Assembly (NCBI GenBank): GCA_039802265.1
Contig: JBDRWI010000009.1
Span: 1 to 42,858, forward strand
Source: a candidate division WOR-3 bacterium
Lineage (GTDB): Bacteria > Hydrothermota > Tepidihabitantia > SM23-42 > JAOAFX01
Length of the DNA stretch: 42,858 bases
Direction of reading: 5' to 3'
Shown here: in pieces, positions 9,176-17,912 of the stretch
How positions within the stretch are numbered: position 1 is the stretch's first letter
How the letters are laid out: each line of letters opens with the position of its first letter
Notes under the pieces: generated by a model
The model's database searches: none
What the model was told of the DNA's origin: nothing
The model's input: the letters and a program-made list of their open reading frames with translations, nothing else
Position numbers and translations under genes: made by a program

Positions 9176-9754
9176 ATATTCATAATCTGTAAGTTTCTTT
9201 CCGAAAAGATCGGGCAGGGTTTTAGAGATTTCCCAATTTTCTTCAAAAATGTAGTATCCATATTTATCCCCAAATAAATTCAGGAGCGGTCTTTGACCGC
9301 AAAAACATCGTCATCAGAAGTCCGCCTGAAGGAAATGAGGAATGGACACGACAGCACTTTTTCAGCCTTTTACTTAATGCAAATAATATTTAGGGAAAAC
9401 TTACTGATTTTTCTTTGTTTCTTAAGAAACAAAGAAATCTGGTCAATATAAAGATTGAGCAGGAAATTATATTTTAGAGGGATTCTTTAGCTACGATTTG
9501 ATAATTGGTCAAATTTTTTATTTAACCAAACCGTTTTGAATTTCTAAATCGTAAAACGACGGACAATTTCCGGCATTAATAAGATATTCAGGGGGATACC
9601 CCCTGAAAACCCCCGCTATATAGCAAACCGTCTCTTTGTGCGGAGACCATTTTCATATCATCCTCCCCTGAATATCTTGTGGTTTTTTTTAACTATAATG
9701 AAAAATTTCATTACCATTGTATAGGAATTTTTCAAATTCCTATACAATAAATTA
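9176..9754. mobile_element. Candidate non-autonomous repeat element or structured ncRNA (~580 bp)
   Basis: No ORF of 60 aa or more; dense stems (9184-9196/9397-9409, 9286-9300, 28-bp perfect palindrome 9410-9437, 14-bp IR 9581-9594/9665-9678 region, 9696-9713, 9716-9748); right end repeated at 1..127. Left boundary not defined. Confidence 0.5.
9628..9754. repeat. 127-bp exact direct repeat, copy 2
   Basis: Identical to 1..127. Confidence 0.95.
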
Positions 9755-9898
9755 CCTCACCATCAAGCGGTATAAAAAGAATAAAAGGACAATCATTATT
9801 ATCAGTCCAATACCCACAAACCTCATGGGCTGGTAGCGCTTACGCGGCGGAATTATGCGCCTTGGCTCTTTAAAGATTTTACCCCTCTTGAATTTCAT
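9752..9898 (-). CDS. Small (48 aa) basic single-pass membrane protein, not in ORF track
   Basis: MKFKRGKIFKEPRRIIPPRKRYQPMRFVGIGLIIMIVLLFFLYRLMVR*; ATGA overlap with the dacB stop; basic N-terminus followed by a hydrophobic helix. Confidence 0.65.
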   Translation of the reverse strand: MKFKRGKIFKEPRRIIPPRKRYQPMRFVGIGLIIMIVLLFFLYRLMVR

Positions 9899-11268
9899 TT
9901 CTTAAGATGCATGTATTTACAGAATGCCTGAATAATTTCGTCCTGGATTTTCGAAATCCTTTTTGTTGAACAGGTGAAATTATTAAAAATCATGGAAAAG
10001 GCATAGTCAATACCATCTACCCTTAAATAACCGCTGAGTGCACTGACCGTATTTATTGTCCCGGTCTTTGCCCGCAATGTATCCTTCAATCCATTGAAGC
10101 GCGACCCAAGCGTTCCTTTGCCCGGTGTGGCAAGGGAATTATAAAATATTAAAAATAAAGGATTATGATACATAAACTTCAAGACCATCACCAGATCATA
10201 AGGTGCAATGAGATTATACCTTGAGAGTCCTGAACCATCGGTAAGAAAGATTCGAGAAGTATCTGCACCACAGACCCAGAGAAAATCTTTTAATGCTTTA
10301 ATACCCTCATTGAAACTACCTTTTTTATACCTTTCCACGCCCAGTGTCTTTAAAAGAATTTCTGCATAAAGATTCCTGCTCTCAGTATTTATTTCTTTAA
10401 TCATCTCTTTAAGGGAGGTGGATATCAACGAATCAAGAAGAATTATTGACGGGTCTTCGGAAATAATCAGTTCTTCCCTCACAACCCTTCCAGTAAAATT
10501 AATCCCTTCACCCAACAATCTTTCTCTGAATACCACACCTGTGAAGAAACTTGGGTCTTTGACTGCCACATCAATATCCCGGGCACTGCCCTTTTTTATC
10601 TTCCCATCAACATAGATAATATTTGCCTCAGGTTTACGATAGATTATAATGCTATCAGAATCATTTGAAGTGCGCATCCGGTTTATCAATTGAACATAAT
10701 CTGTTTCCGGTATCATCTTAACCTCGGCATATTCCTCAGGCATTGTACCCTTAATTCTTACCTTTACACAATTTTGATTTAGGGATAAAGCGCTTATCTC
10801 CGGTGCATAACGGGCATCAAGGTAATGCCAGGACCAGCCCATGGGCAGGCGCTCTGAGGTGAAGTAATTATCAACAACAATAATATTCCCGGTTATCTCT
10901 TTTATTCCCAAATTTTTTACTCTCCTGACAAACCTTTCCAGGTCGTTCAAACTAAATAAAGGGTCTCCCCCACCAATCAATAGAATATCTCCCAAAAGTC
11001 GTTCTTCTTTTAACGAACCCCTCAATGCAAGTCTTGTTTTAAAACAGAAATCCGGAGTCAGGTAATAAAGGCTTGCCGCAGTAGTAATCAATTTTACATT
11101 TGACGCCGGGGTTAATACCTTTTCGGCATTGAGACTGTAGATGATGCTGTCATTATCAAGTCGCAAAAAACATAAGCCATAGTGGGCTGGAGCCAGTTCC
11201 GGACAATTGAGGATTGAATCAATTGCAAAGATATTAAAGAACAGAAATACGATTGTAGTATTAATCAT
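9895..11268 (-). CDS. dacB: D-alanyl-D-alanine carboxypeptidase/endopeptidase (PBP4, peptidase S13)
   Basis: PASNVK (SxxK), ESRNLYAE (SxN), AKTGT (KTG), GGGDP, DGSGLSR. Start 11268 has an ATGA overlap with the upstream stop. Confidence 0.92.
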   Translation of the reverse strand: MINTTIVFLFFNIFAIDSILNCPELAPAHYGLCFLRLDNDSIIYSLNAEKVLTPASNVKLITTAASLYYLTPDFCFKTRLALRGSLKEERLLGDILLIGGGDPLFSLNDLERFVRRVKNLGIKEITGNIIVVDNYFTSERLPMGWSWHYLDARYAPEISALSLNQNCVKVRIKGTMPEEYAEVKMIPETDYVQLINRMRTSNDSDSIIIYRKPEANIIYVDGKIKKGSARDIDVAVKDPSFFTGVVFRERLLGEGINFTGRVVREELIISEDPSIILLDSLISTSLKEMIKEINTESRNLYAEILLKTLGVERYKKGSFNEGIKALKDFLWVCGADTSRIFLTDGSGLSRYNLIAPYDLVMVLKFMYHNPLFLIFYNSLATPGKGTLGSRFNGLKDTLRAKTGTINTVSALSGYLRVDGIDYAFSMIFNNFTCSTKRISKIQDEIIQAFCKYMHLKK

Positions 11269-11780
11269 TTTGGACGAAATAAGTCTGGTTTGAAAACCAC
11301 ACAACTACACTTTTTTTTATTCAAATCAATTCCGCAGACCGGACATAAGCCACGACAATCACTCTTGCATAATGGAGCAACCGGAATTGCCAATATTATC
11401 GGTTCCCGGATGCCTATGGAAAGGTCAATCGTCCGACCGGTATAATAGACACGGTCAATGTCACCCGATTTCAAATCAACCCGTGATTGGACAAGCAATG
11501 GGTCCTTACCTTCAATATACTCAAGATGGTACCTCTCATTGAATTCCCTATAAAACTGACTGAGACATCGGGAACAGGTGAGTTCAGCAAGAAAATGGAC
11601 GGTAAAGTTGGCATCAATCCCCATAGATTTTTTTATAAGATGGACCGTGGCGTGAATCTCTTTAAAGTTGCTAACGGTATCCATAGTAATATTCAAATCA
11701 CTACTACTGATGTTGTTGAATTCAAACGTCGCATTTTCCTTGAGTTCAGTGAGTTGAATCTGAAAGGTCTTCTGCTTTAT
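11265..11780 (-). CDS. yceD: DUF177/YceD family protein (probable ATA start at 11780; ORF-track start 11696)
   Basis: CSRCL and PLCKSDCRGLCPVCGIDLN..CSC motifs; frame is open upstream to ATA 11780, which lies 8 nt after AAGGAG. Confidence 0.85.
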   Translation of the reverse strand: MKQKTFQIQLTELKENATFEFNNISSSDLNITMDTVSNFKEIHATVHLIKKSMGIDANFTVHFLAELTCSRCLSQFYREFNERYHLEYIEGKDPLLVQSRVDLKSGDIDRVYYTGRTIDLSIGIREPIILAIPVAPLCKSDCRGLCPVCGIDLNKKKCSCVVFKPDLFRPK

Positions 11781-13102
11781 GTCTTCAACTCCTTCTTTCT
11801 TGCTGCCGGGAATAAGACATTATTCAAAATCAGACGATACCCCGGTGAATTCTTATGGTTTTTAAGTTCGGTTGGTGGGTCACCAACAAAATGCTGGTAG
11901 TCTTCGGGGTCATGCCCGGCAAGATAGGTAAATGTCCCCTTTCCAAAGTTACCGTGCAGATATTTTATCTCATCGGTTCCGGATACTTCGCCCAGGACCA
12001 GCACTGATGGTTTTAAGAAATTCCTTTTGAAGCCGGAACACTGCCCCAAAAATTCCTTGACCAGTGCGGTATGATTCTGCACCAGCATACTGGGAACCGG
12101 GTCAAACTTGGCACTGAAGTCAAATAAAGAAAAATAGGTATTCGGACCGCGCATCTGCGCCTCAATTGTTACATCTATATCGGAGTGCTCATAAATCATG
12201 GGGTCAAGAATAACATGAAAGTTTTCAAAAGCCAGGCATTGTGAATAGTCAAGTTTACGGTTTGCCTGCGGGTCAAACGGGTCATAATCAAAGACATTAT
12301 GGCAGATATCGGTAAACTGGGCAGCAAGGGCAATCTCCCAGGTATCACAGGCCGAACACATTGAGAATACAAAACCTCCGTTTCTTATATACTCCTTTAT
12401 CGCCTTGGCAACGGCAAGTTTCAATTTGGAGACCTTGTTAAATCCGAATCTCTTTGCCATCTCTTCATTTGTCTTAACTTCCTGTTTATACCAGTCGGCA
12501 TTGTGATATGCACCGTAAAACTTTCCATACTGTCCGGTAAAGTCCTCGTGGTGTACATGGAGCCAGTCGTATTTCGTCAATTTTCCCTTCAAGACATCAT
12601 CGTCCCAGATCTGGTCATAGGGAATCTTGGCATATTCCAAAGCAAGGGTTACTGCATCATCCCAGGGCTCAAAGTTATCGGGTATATAAACGGCGATCTT
12701 GGGTGCCTTTTCAAGAAGGACTGTCTCCATATTGTTTTCTTCAATTGTTCTATAGATCTCAAGAATCTGTGCCGGCTGGATAATCTCCCAGCGCACTCCT
12801 TCAAGGGCACATTCCCTTTCTGTCTTTGGTGAATAATCCATCATAAAAGAACCACCGCGAAAGTTTAATAGCCACTCCACATTCTCGCCCCGCTGAAGGG
12901 TATGAAAGGCAATACCGTATGCCTTCAAGTGGTCGGTCTGGGAAAGATCCATGGGAATTAGGATTTTGTTCGCATTAAGCAGCGTAATTATCAGAATGAT
13001 TGATATCAGAATCCTCAAAAATAGAGGTCTATTGGTTAACAGGTTGGGGTTGAGAGGCTGGACCGGCATCTCAACCTTAACCCACAAACTATCCTCGTTC
13101 AT
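11777..13102 (-). CDS. Conserved exported protein with class I glutamine-amidotransferase-like fold (family often labelled 'asparagine synthetase B' in Bacteroidota)
   Basis: ILIPMD..QTDHLKAYG, WLLNFRGGSF, PWDDAVTLALEYA, DWLHVHHEDFTGQYGKF, FSMCSA, GHDPEDYQH, SPGYRLILNNVLFP; hydrophobic signal-like segment; ATGA overlap with the upstream gene. True function uncertain. Confidence 0.7.
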   Translation of the reverse strand: MNEDSLWVKVEMPVQPLNPNLLTNRPLFLRILISIILIITLLNANKILIPMDLSQTDHLKAYGIAFHTLQRGENVEWLLNFRGGSFMMDYSPKTERECALEGVRWEIIQPAQILEIYRTIEENNMETVLLEKAPKIAVYIPDNFEPWDDAVTLALEYAKIPYDQIWDDDVLKGKLTKYDWLHVHHEDFTGQYGKFYGAYHNADWYKQEVKTNEEMAKRFGFNKVSKLKLAVAKAIKEYIRNGGFVFSMCSACDTWEIALAAQFTDICHNVFDYDPFDPQANRKLDYSQCLAFENFHVILDPMIYEHSDIDVTIEAQMRGPNTYFSLFDFSAKFDPVPSMLVQNHTALVKEFLGQCSGFKRNFLKPSVLVLGEVSGTDEIKYLHGNFGKGTFTYLAGHDPEDYQHFVGDPPTELKNHKNSPGYRLILNNVLFPAARKKELKT

Positions 13103-13560
13103 TCTTCATTCTTTTTGATTATCTCCAGAACCTCACCCGGGTTCTTCGCGTTCTTCAACTGTTCGCGCACCGAACTATGTCGGAGCAATCGGGAGAGTTT
13201 CGCCAGGGTCATTATATATTCGCTCTTCTTATTTTCGGGAGAGGCAATGAGAAATATAATATGCGATGGTTTGCCATCAAGGGCAGAAAAGTCTATGCCG
13301 CTTTTGGAGCGAGCAAACACCAGAACAACATCATCTACTGCATCAGTTCGGGCATGTGGTATTGCCACTCCCTCACCGATGCCGGTTGATTCAAGATTTT
13401 CTCTCTTTGCCAGGGCTTCAAAGAGCTGGTCGCGGTCCTTGGCAATCTTTTTTGTCACCATATATTCAACCAACTCCTTGATTGCTGAGAGTTTTTCTGT
13501 TGCACCCATCTCCATAATTATTGCCTCTGGCCTGAGGAAGTTTGAGATTCTTAAATCCAT
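13099..13560 (-). CDS. PTS EIIA (fructose/mannitol/Ntr-type) protein
   Basis: RENLESTGIGEGVAIPHAR with phospho-acceptor His; GIDFSALDGKP. Confidence 0.9.
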   Translation of the reverse strand: MDLRISNFLRPEAIIMEMGATEKLSAIKELVEYMVTKKIAKDRDQLFEALAKRENLESTGIGEGVAIPHARTDAVDDVVLVFARSKSGIDFSALDGKPSHIIFLIASPENKKSEYIMTLAKLSRLLRHSSVREQLKNAKNPGEVLEIIKKNEE

Positions 13561-13590
13561 TACACCCCCTTTACAGATGGTTTAAGGTTA

Positions 13591-13680
13591 TCAGGCATTG
13601 ATGCCCTTTCCGCTGTACTCTATCCAGCGGCTCTGATTAAATTCCATGCGGCGCTTATTGAGATGCAATTCCTGAAGCAT
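13591..13680 (-). CDS. Possible 29-aa small ORF between Usp and EIIA genes
   Basis: MLQELHLNKRRMEFNQSRWIEYSGKGINA*; TGATG overlap with the Usp stop. No recognisable motif. Confidence 0.25.
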   Translation of the reverse strand: MLQELHLNKRRMEFNQSRWIEYSGKGINA

Positions 13681-14078
13681 CACAGTCCCATTACCGGAAC
13701 CAATGATGAGACAAAGACCTTTTTTGTCTCATCACGCCGCCTTACCAACACCAAATCAATCTTGTAATTTTCTATATATTTTTTTATGACATTTGTTGCC
13801 AGTCCGTTTTCTAAATGGAGGGATGTCCTCACTCCATTCTCCACTGCCTCATCCTCCACCAGATATAGCATCTCCCAACCTTCTTCTTCTATTCTTTGAC
13901 GAACCGTCCTGATATCCTCTCGGGTCAAACTCGCTAATTTAGAAACCCGGTGTTCCTCAAGAACAAAGAGGACAAATAACTGACTTTTGAAAAATTTGCA
14001 GAATTGAATAGACTGTGAAAAGATTTTCTGGTCTGAATTATCAACAAGATAAAGCAGAGCCCTTGAAACATTCATCAT
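13680..14078 (-). CDS. Universal stress protein (Usp)-like
   Basis: About 130 aa alpha/beta pattern: LFVLFVLE, G-x-A..IKKYIENYKIDLVLV, terminal VPVM; SD AAGGAG. Confidence 0.7.
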   Translation of the reverse strand: MMNVSRALLYLVDNSDQKIFSQSIQFCKFFKSQLFVLFVLEEHRVSKLASLTREDIRTVRQRIEEEGWEMLYLVEDEAVENGVRTSLHLENGLATNVIKKYIENYKIDLVLVRRRDETKKVFVSSLVPVMGL

Positions 14079-14174
14079 TTATCTGCTCCTTTTAGTTTTC
14101 GCATCATGCTGGTTTATCTAATCTTTGTTAGATATTTAGACGATTTAGTCATTTAGGTATTTCTGTTTCTTTCC

Positions 14175-15097
14175 TCATTTCCCATCCCCCAGTCTCCCCG
14201 TCTCCTCAATCCCTGGTCCAGTATACCGACACACCCACGCCGTCTGATTGGAATCCGCGGCATAATTAGAAAACATCACCTCATCATAACCATCACCATT
14301 CACATCACCAGCCGAAGCCACCACCCAACCAATTTCAATTGGCATATTTTCTATTATATTCGCATCTTCAATCGAGTCAAGCGGTGCATCACCTAACCAA
14401 ACAACTCCTTTACCATAGCGTATTGCACCGATTGGTGCACCACCAAACAAATTCCTCAAACACATCACCAGATTCAAATCCTCCTGAAGAAGAAGCCATT
14501 CCCATGGAACTGGAATCATCTTCGCCATGCTTAAACCAGTCAACCAATTTATCCATTGGTGAGCCACCAAATAAAAAATATAACTTTCCGGGTGCGTAAG
14601 GCGGAAAAACCGTAAGGATACATAGGTGTTCCTGTTAAGGCATGACTAAAAGTTAATGCATTCCTAACCAAGTTTACTGGGAACCATTCCAAATAATGAT
14701 TCAGTCTCTCCCCATGCAACCGGCAATCAGGAATTTTATCCATCGGATTTCCCACCCAAGTATAAATAACACCTACCTCTTACCTCACCACTTGGCGAAC
14801 CAATTAGAATGTGATCAAAAACCATCATTATTTACATCACCTGCACTTGAAAGGGCTTGACCAGATCCCCTCATACCAAGTTGTTGGTTCGCGCGTCTTT
14901 TTAAAAATAATCTCTAAATTATAAGTCTCCTGGGCGAATGCGAAAGCACCAAGTAGCAAGTAGAGGGTAGAGAGAAAAAAAGTAGACAGTAAGCAGTAAG
15001 CAGGAGGCAAGAAAAAATAAGAAATAAATGAAAGTTTAAAATTCGTGATATTTGCTGTCATTTGATAAATCCGCGTTAAAAAACTTGTTAACATCAA
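14175..15097 (-). pseudogene. Degraded FG-GAP (integrin-like) repeat protein
   Basis: FG-GAP motifs in different frames: GQALSSAGDVNNDGFDHILIGSP (~14865-14795), YFLFGGSPMD, VASAGDVNGDGYDEVMFS. Several frameshifts and stops; ends just after the GPGIEE linker with no CTD. Confidence 0.8.
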
Positions 15098-15108
15098 AAC
15101 CTCATCAT

Positions 15109-15136
15109 ATTATACCACAAAAACAAAACCGGTCAA
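15109..15136 (-). promoter_or_regulatory. sigma70-like promoter upstream of FG-GAP pseudogene
   Basis: TTGACC-N16-TATAAT. Confidence 0.65.
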
Positions 15137-15277
15137 GTCAACATTTTTAACACAGAGTGAAAATTGTTGATTTTGCCATAACTCAAGGCAATCATTCCAT
15201 TATTCGGATTTGTAAAATCCACATCAAAGGAGCCGAGTTCCCTTGTTTCTAAGTCTCTCCTTCTTTTTGTCTTTATA

Positions 15278-16444
15278 TTAGGACATTATTTTCGGCGTTA
15301 TTAAGATATACTGATTCGTAAAATTTTTTATCCGTGACCAAGGTCTGAAAAGATATTTGATTAACGGAACATTAAAATAACAAGGCAAATTTTCTTTTGC
15401 TCCAGTTTCTGTTTCAATTCTCCTTGAAATTACCCCTGTCTCGCCATCCGAAAGAGTTATTTCAACTTCCGATTCATAAGTTGAAATAATCGGGCGACCA
15501 ACTAATGCTGCCGCACGATCAAGACTGCTCATCTCAAATTTCACATTAAGTTTTACCTTATCACCGGTAACCGAATGAGAGACAATAACAAGCTTGAAAC
15601 CGCTTGAATAGAATTGAATCACAGTGTTCCCTGCTAAATCTCTCATCGGAACACCAAACCTATCACCAACAGTAATAGAACCCTCGCAATTCTCCTGCAT
15701 CAATAAATATCCACCCGCGATTTCTTTAGTGTTGGATGTTTCTGAAAGCAAATTTAATTGAAAAAAGCTATCACCTACTGGCAAATATCCAATTTTGATC
15801 TGTGTATAACCAGCAATAGATGGTTCTTTATTGAGTGCTAAAAGACTCCTTATAATGGGGACCTGTAAAATAGGAAAATTCCATTTTTGCTCAAGTGCTT
15901 CATTGAGTACATTGGTTACATTAATTACCTTCACATTTACACCAATCTGTCTGACTGGTGTATCAAGACTTGCTATAAGGGCTTTTACCCTTTGTTGAAC
16001 ATCAATGTTATCAAAGACAACGACTTGCCCTGTCCTGTCATCGGAAAAAAATTTTCCTTTTGGTGATAGTAATGGCTCAATTTGTTTAGAAATTTCTTGA
16101 AGATTTTTGTCTCTAACTTTATAAGCAACAAAAGTTCTTAAACCGCCGGCTTCTTCGATGAGATTTTCTGGGGTATCAATGTAGATAATGTTGTCAAATT
16201 TTTTAGAGGCATAACCGGTTAATTTAAGCACTGTTTCTAATGCATATTGCCAGGAGACATCAAACATTTTTATTGTTAATGTACCTGAAACATCCTTGCC
16301 CAAGACGATATTGACTCCTGATGCTTTTGCAATATAATCAATTACATCTTTAATATTACCTTCTTCAAAATCAAGATTTACTGTGCTACTGAACGACATA
16401 CTTAAAATTAGAAAATAAAAATGTATCAACTGATACCCATACAT
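15278..16444 (-). CDS. Secretin-family outer-membrane protein (PilQ/GspD-like, short)
   Basis: VNLDFEEGNIKDVIDYIAKASGVNIV (N0/STN), LLSPKGK..DDRTGQVVVFD (N3), LDTPVRQI, DGETGVI, VPLIKYLF, YILITPKI. Start 16444 directly follows the hslU stop. Confidence 0.8.
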   Translation of the reverse strand: MYGYQLIHFYFLILSMSFSSTVNLDFEEGNIKDVIDYIAKASGVNIVLGKDVSGTLTIKMFDVSWQYALETVLKLTGYASKKFDNIIYIDTPENLIEEAGGLRTFVAYKVRDKNLQEISKQIEPLLSPKGKFFSDDRTGQVVVFDNIDVQQRVKALIASLDTPVRQIGVNVKVINVTNVLNEALEQKWNFPILQVPIIRSLLALNKEPSIAGYTQIKIGYLPVGDSFFQLNLLSETSNTKEIAGGYLLMQENCEGSITVGDRFGVPMRDLAGNTVIQFYSSGFKLVIVSHSVTGDKVKLNVKFEMSSLDRAAALVGRPIISTYESEVEITLSDGETGVISRRIETETGAKENLPCYFNVPLIKYLFRPWSRIKNFTNQYILITPKIMS

Positions 16445-16445
16445 T

Positions 16446-17816
16446 TTAAAGAATATACCTTGAGACATCCACATCACGCACAATCTTCCCCAATTTCTGA
16501 TGGACATAATTGCCGGTTATCTTTACCGTCCGCTCGCTGATTTTAGGGGCAGTATAAAGCAGGTCTTCAAGGAGTTTGGTCATAACCGTATGGAGCCGGC
16601 GTGCACCAATATTCTCGGTGGATTCATTGACCCGCGCCGCAATTTCGGCAATTGCATCAATGGCATCTGGCGTAAATTCAAGTCTTATACCTTCAGTCCC
16701 TAAAAGGGCAATATACTGTTTAATCAAGGAATTCTCTGGTTCAACAAGAATCCTCTTAAAATCTTCCTTCCCCAACGGGGATAATTCAACCCGTATGGGA
16801 AACCGCCCCTGAAGTTCGGGAATTAGATCTGAAGGTTTTTTATTATGAAAGGCACCGGCCGCAATAAATAGAATGTGGTCAGTCTTTACCATACCATATT
16901 TAGTCATTACACTTGAACCTTCTACAATTGGTAATAAATCACGCTGAACCCCCTCGCGCGATACATCAGGACCACTGGTAATTCCACCCCCCACAATCTT
17001 GTCAATCTCGTCAATGAAGATAATACCTGATTGCTCAGCCCGTTGTTTTGCCTCAGCAATTACCTCGTCCATATCAATCAACTTTTCGGTCTCTTCATTC
17101 TGAAGATAACGGAGTGCCTCCTTTACTGCCATCTTCTTCTTTTTCTTTCTCTTCGGTAATTTATTACCGATTGCCTCTTCTATTGCGATACTCAGGTCTT
17201 CAATACCAGCCTGACTGAATATCTCAACGAAGGGCATAATCTGCCGGGATACCTCAAGTTCCACAATGCGATTGTCAAGTTTGTGTTGCCGCAAAAGCTC
17301 CCTCATCTTCTCCCGGGTCAGTTGAACTGATTCACGCGAATTTTTTTCTGACCGCACCGGGGCAGGCAGGAGCACATCAAGGATCCTCTCCTCAGCAAAC
17401 TGTCTTGCCTTTTCTTCGACCTGCCGGTATTTCTCCTGGCGTACCATATTTACTGAGATCTCAACGAGGTCCCTTACCATTGACTCAACATCCCTGCCCA
17501 CATATCCAACTTCTGTGTAACGAGACGCCTCAACCTTTACAAAGGGTGCGCCCGCCAAATCGGCAAGCCTTCTTGCTATTTCAGTCTTTCCCACACCCGT
17601 GGGTCCAATAAGAATAATATTATTGGGATAGATTTCCTCTCTTATTCTCTCTGTTACCCGCTGTCTGCGCCAGCGATTCCTGAGTGCTATTGCCACTGCC
17701 TTCTTTGCCTCGGACTGTCCGATAATGTATTTGTCAAGGCGGGCGACAATCTCATCCGGTGTAAGGTATTCTTCCATTAAAGTTGACTTTTTTGTAGCCC
17801 TCTCCTCCATCATCAT
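16446..17816 (-). CDS. hslU: ATP-dependent protease ATPase subunit HslU
   Basis: [36 protein letters not shown] pore loop, [29 protein letters not shown]-terminal RYIL. Exact start ambiguous. Confidence 0.97.
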   Translation of the reverse strand: MMMEERATKKSTLMEEYLTPDEIVARLDKYIIGQSEAKKAVAIALRNRWRRQRVTERIREEIYPNNIILIGPTGVGKTEIARRLADLAGAPFVKVEASRYTEVGYVGRDVESMVRDLVEISVNMVRQEKYRQVEEKARQFAEERILDVLLPAPVRSEKNSRESVQLTREKMRELLRQHKLDNRIVELEVSRQIMPFVEIFSQAGIEDLSIAIEEAIGNKLPKRKKKKKMAVKEALRYLQNEETEKLIDMDEVIAEAKQRAEQSGIIFIDEIDKIVGGGITSGPDVSREGVQRDLLPIVEGSSVMTKYGMVKTDHILFIAAGAFHNKKPSDLIPELQGRFPIRVELSPLGKEDFKRILVEPENSLIKQYIALLGTEGIRLEFTPDAIDAIAEIAARVNESTENIGARRLHTVMTKLLEDLLYTAPKISERTVKITGNYVHQKLGKIVRDVDVSRYIL

Positions 17817-17817
17817 A

Positions 17818-17845
17818 ATTATAATGAATAATCTGAAAAAGTCAA
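17818..17845 (-). promoter_or_regulatory. sigma70-like promoter for hslU, probably leaderless
   Basis: TTGACT-N16-TATAAT followed by T-ATG-ATG-ATG. Confidence 0.7.
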
Positions 17846-17912
17846 CGGCTGATTCTCACACTGGCAGAAAGATTTGTCCTTCCGTGTGGAGTAAATTAAA
17901 GTCTCCTAAAAT

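Noticed and set aside
9581..9680. Retron msr/msd (a1/a2-like inverted repeat)
   Set aside because: No reverse transcriptase ORF nearby or anywhere in the window.
11777..13102. asnB gene symbol
   Set aside because: No N-terminal Cys Ntn domain or SGGLDS motif of true AsnB, and the protein looks exported.
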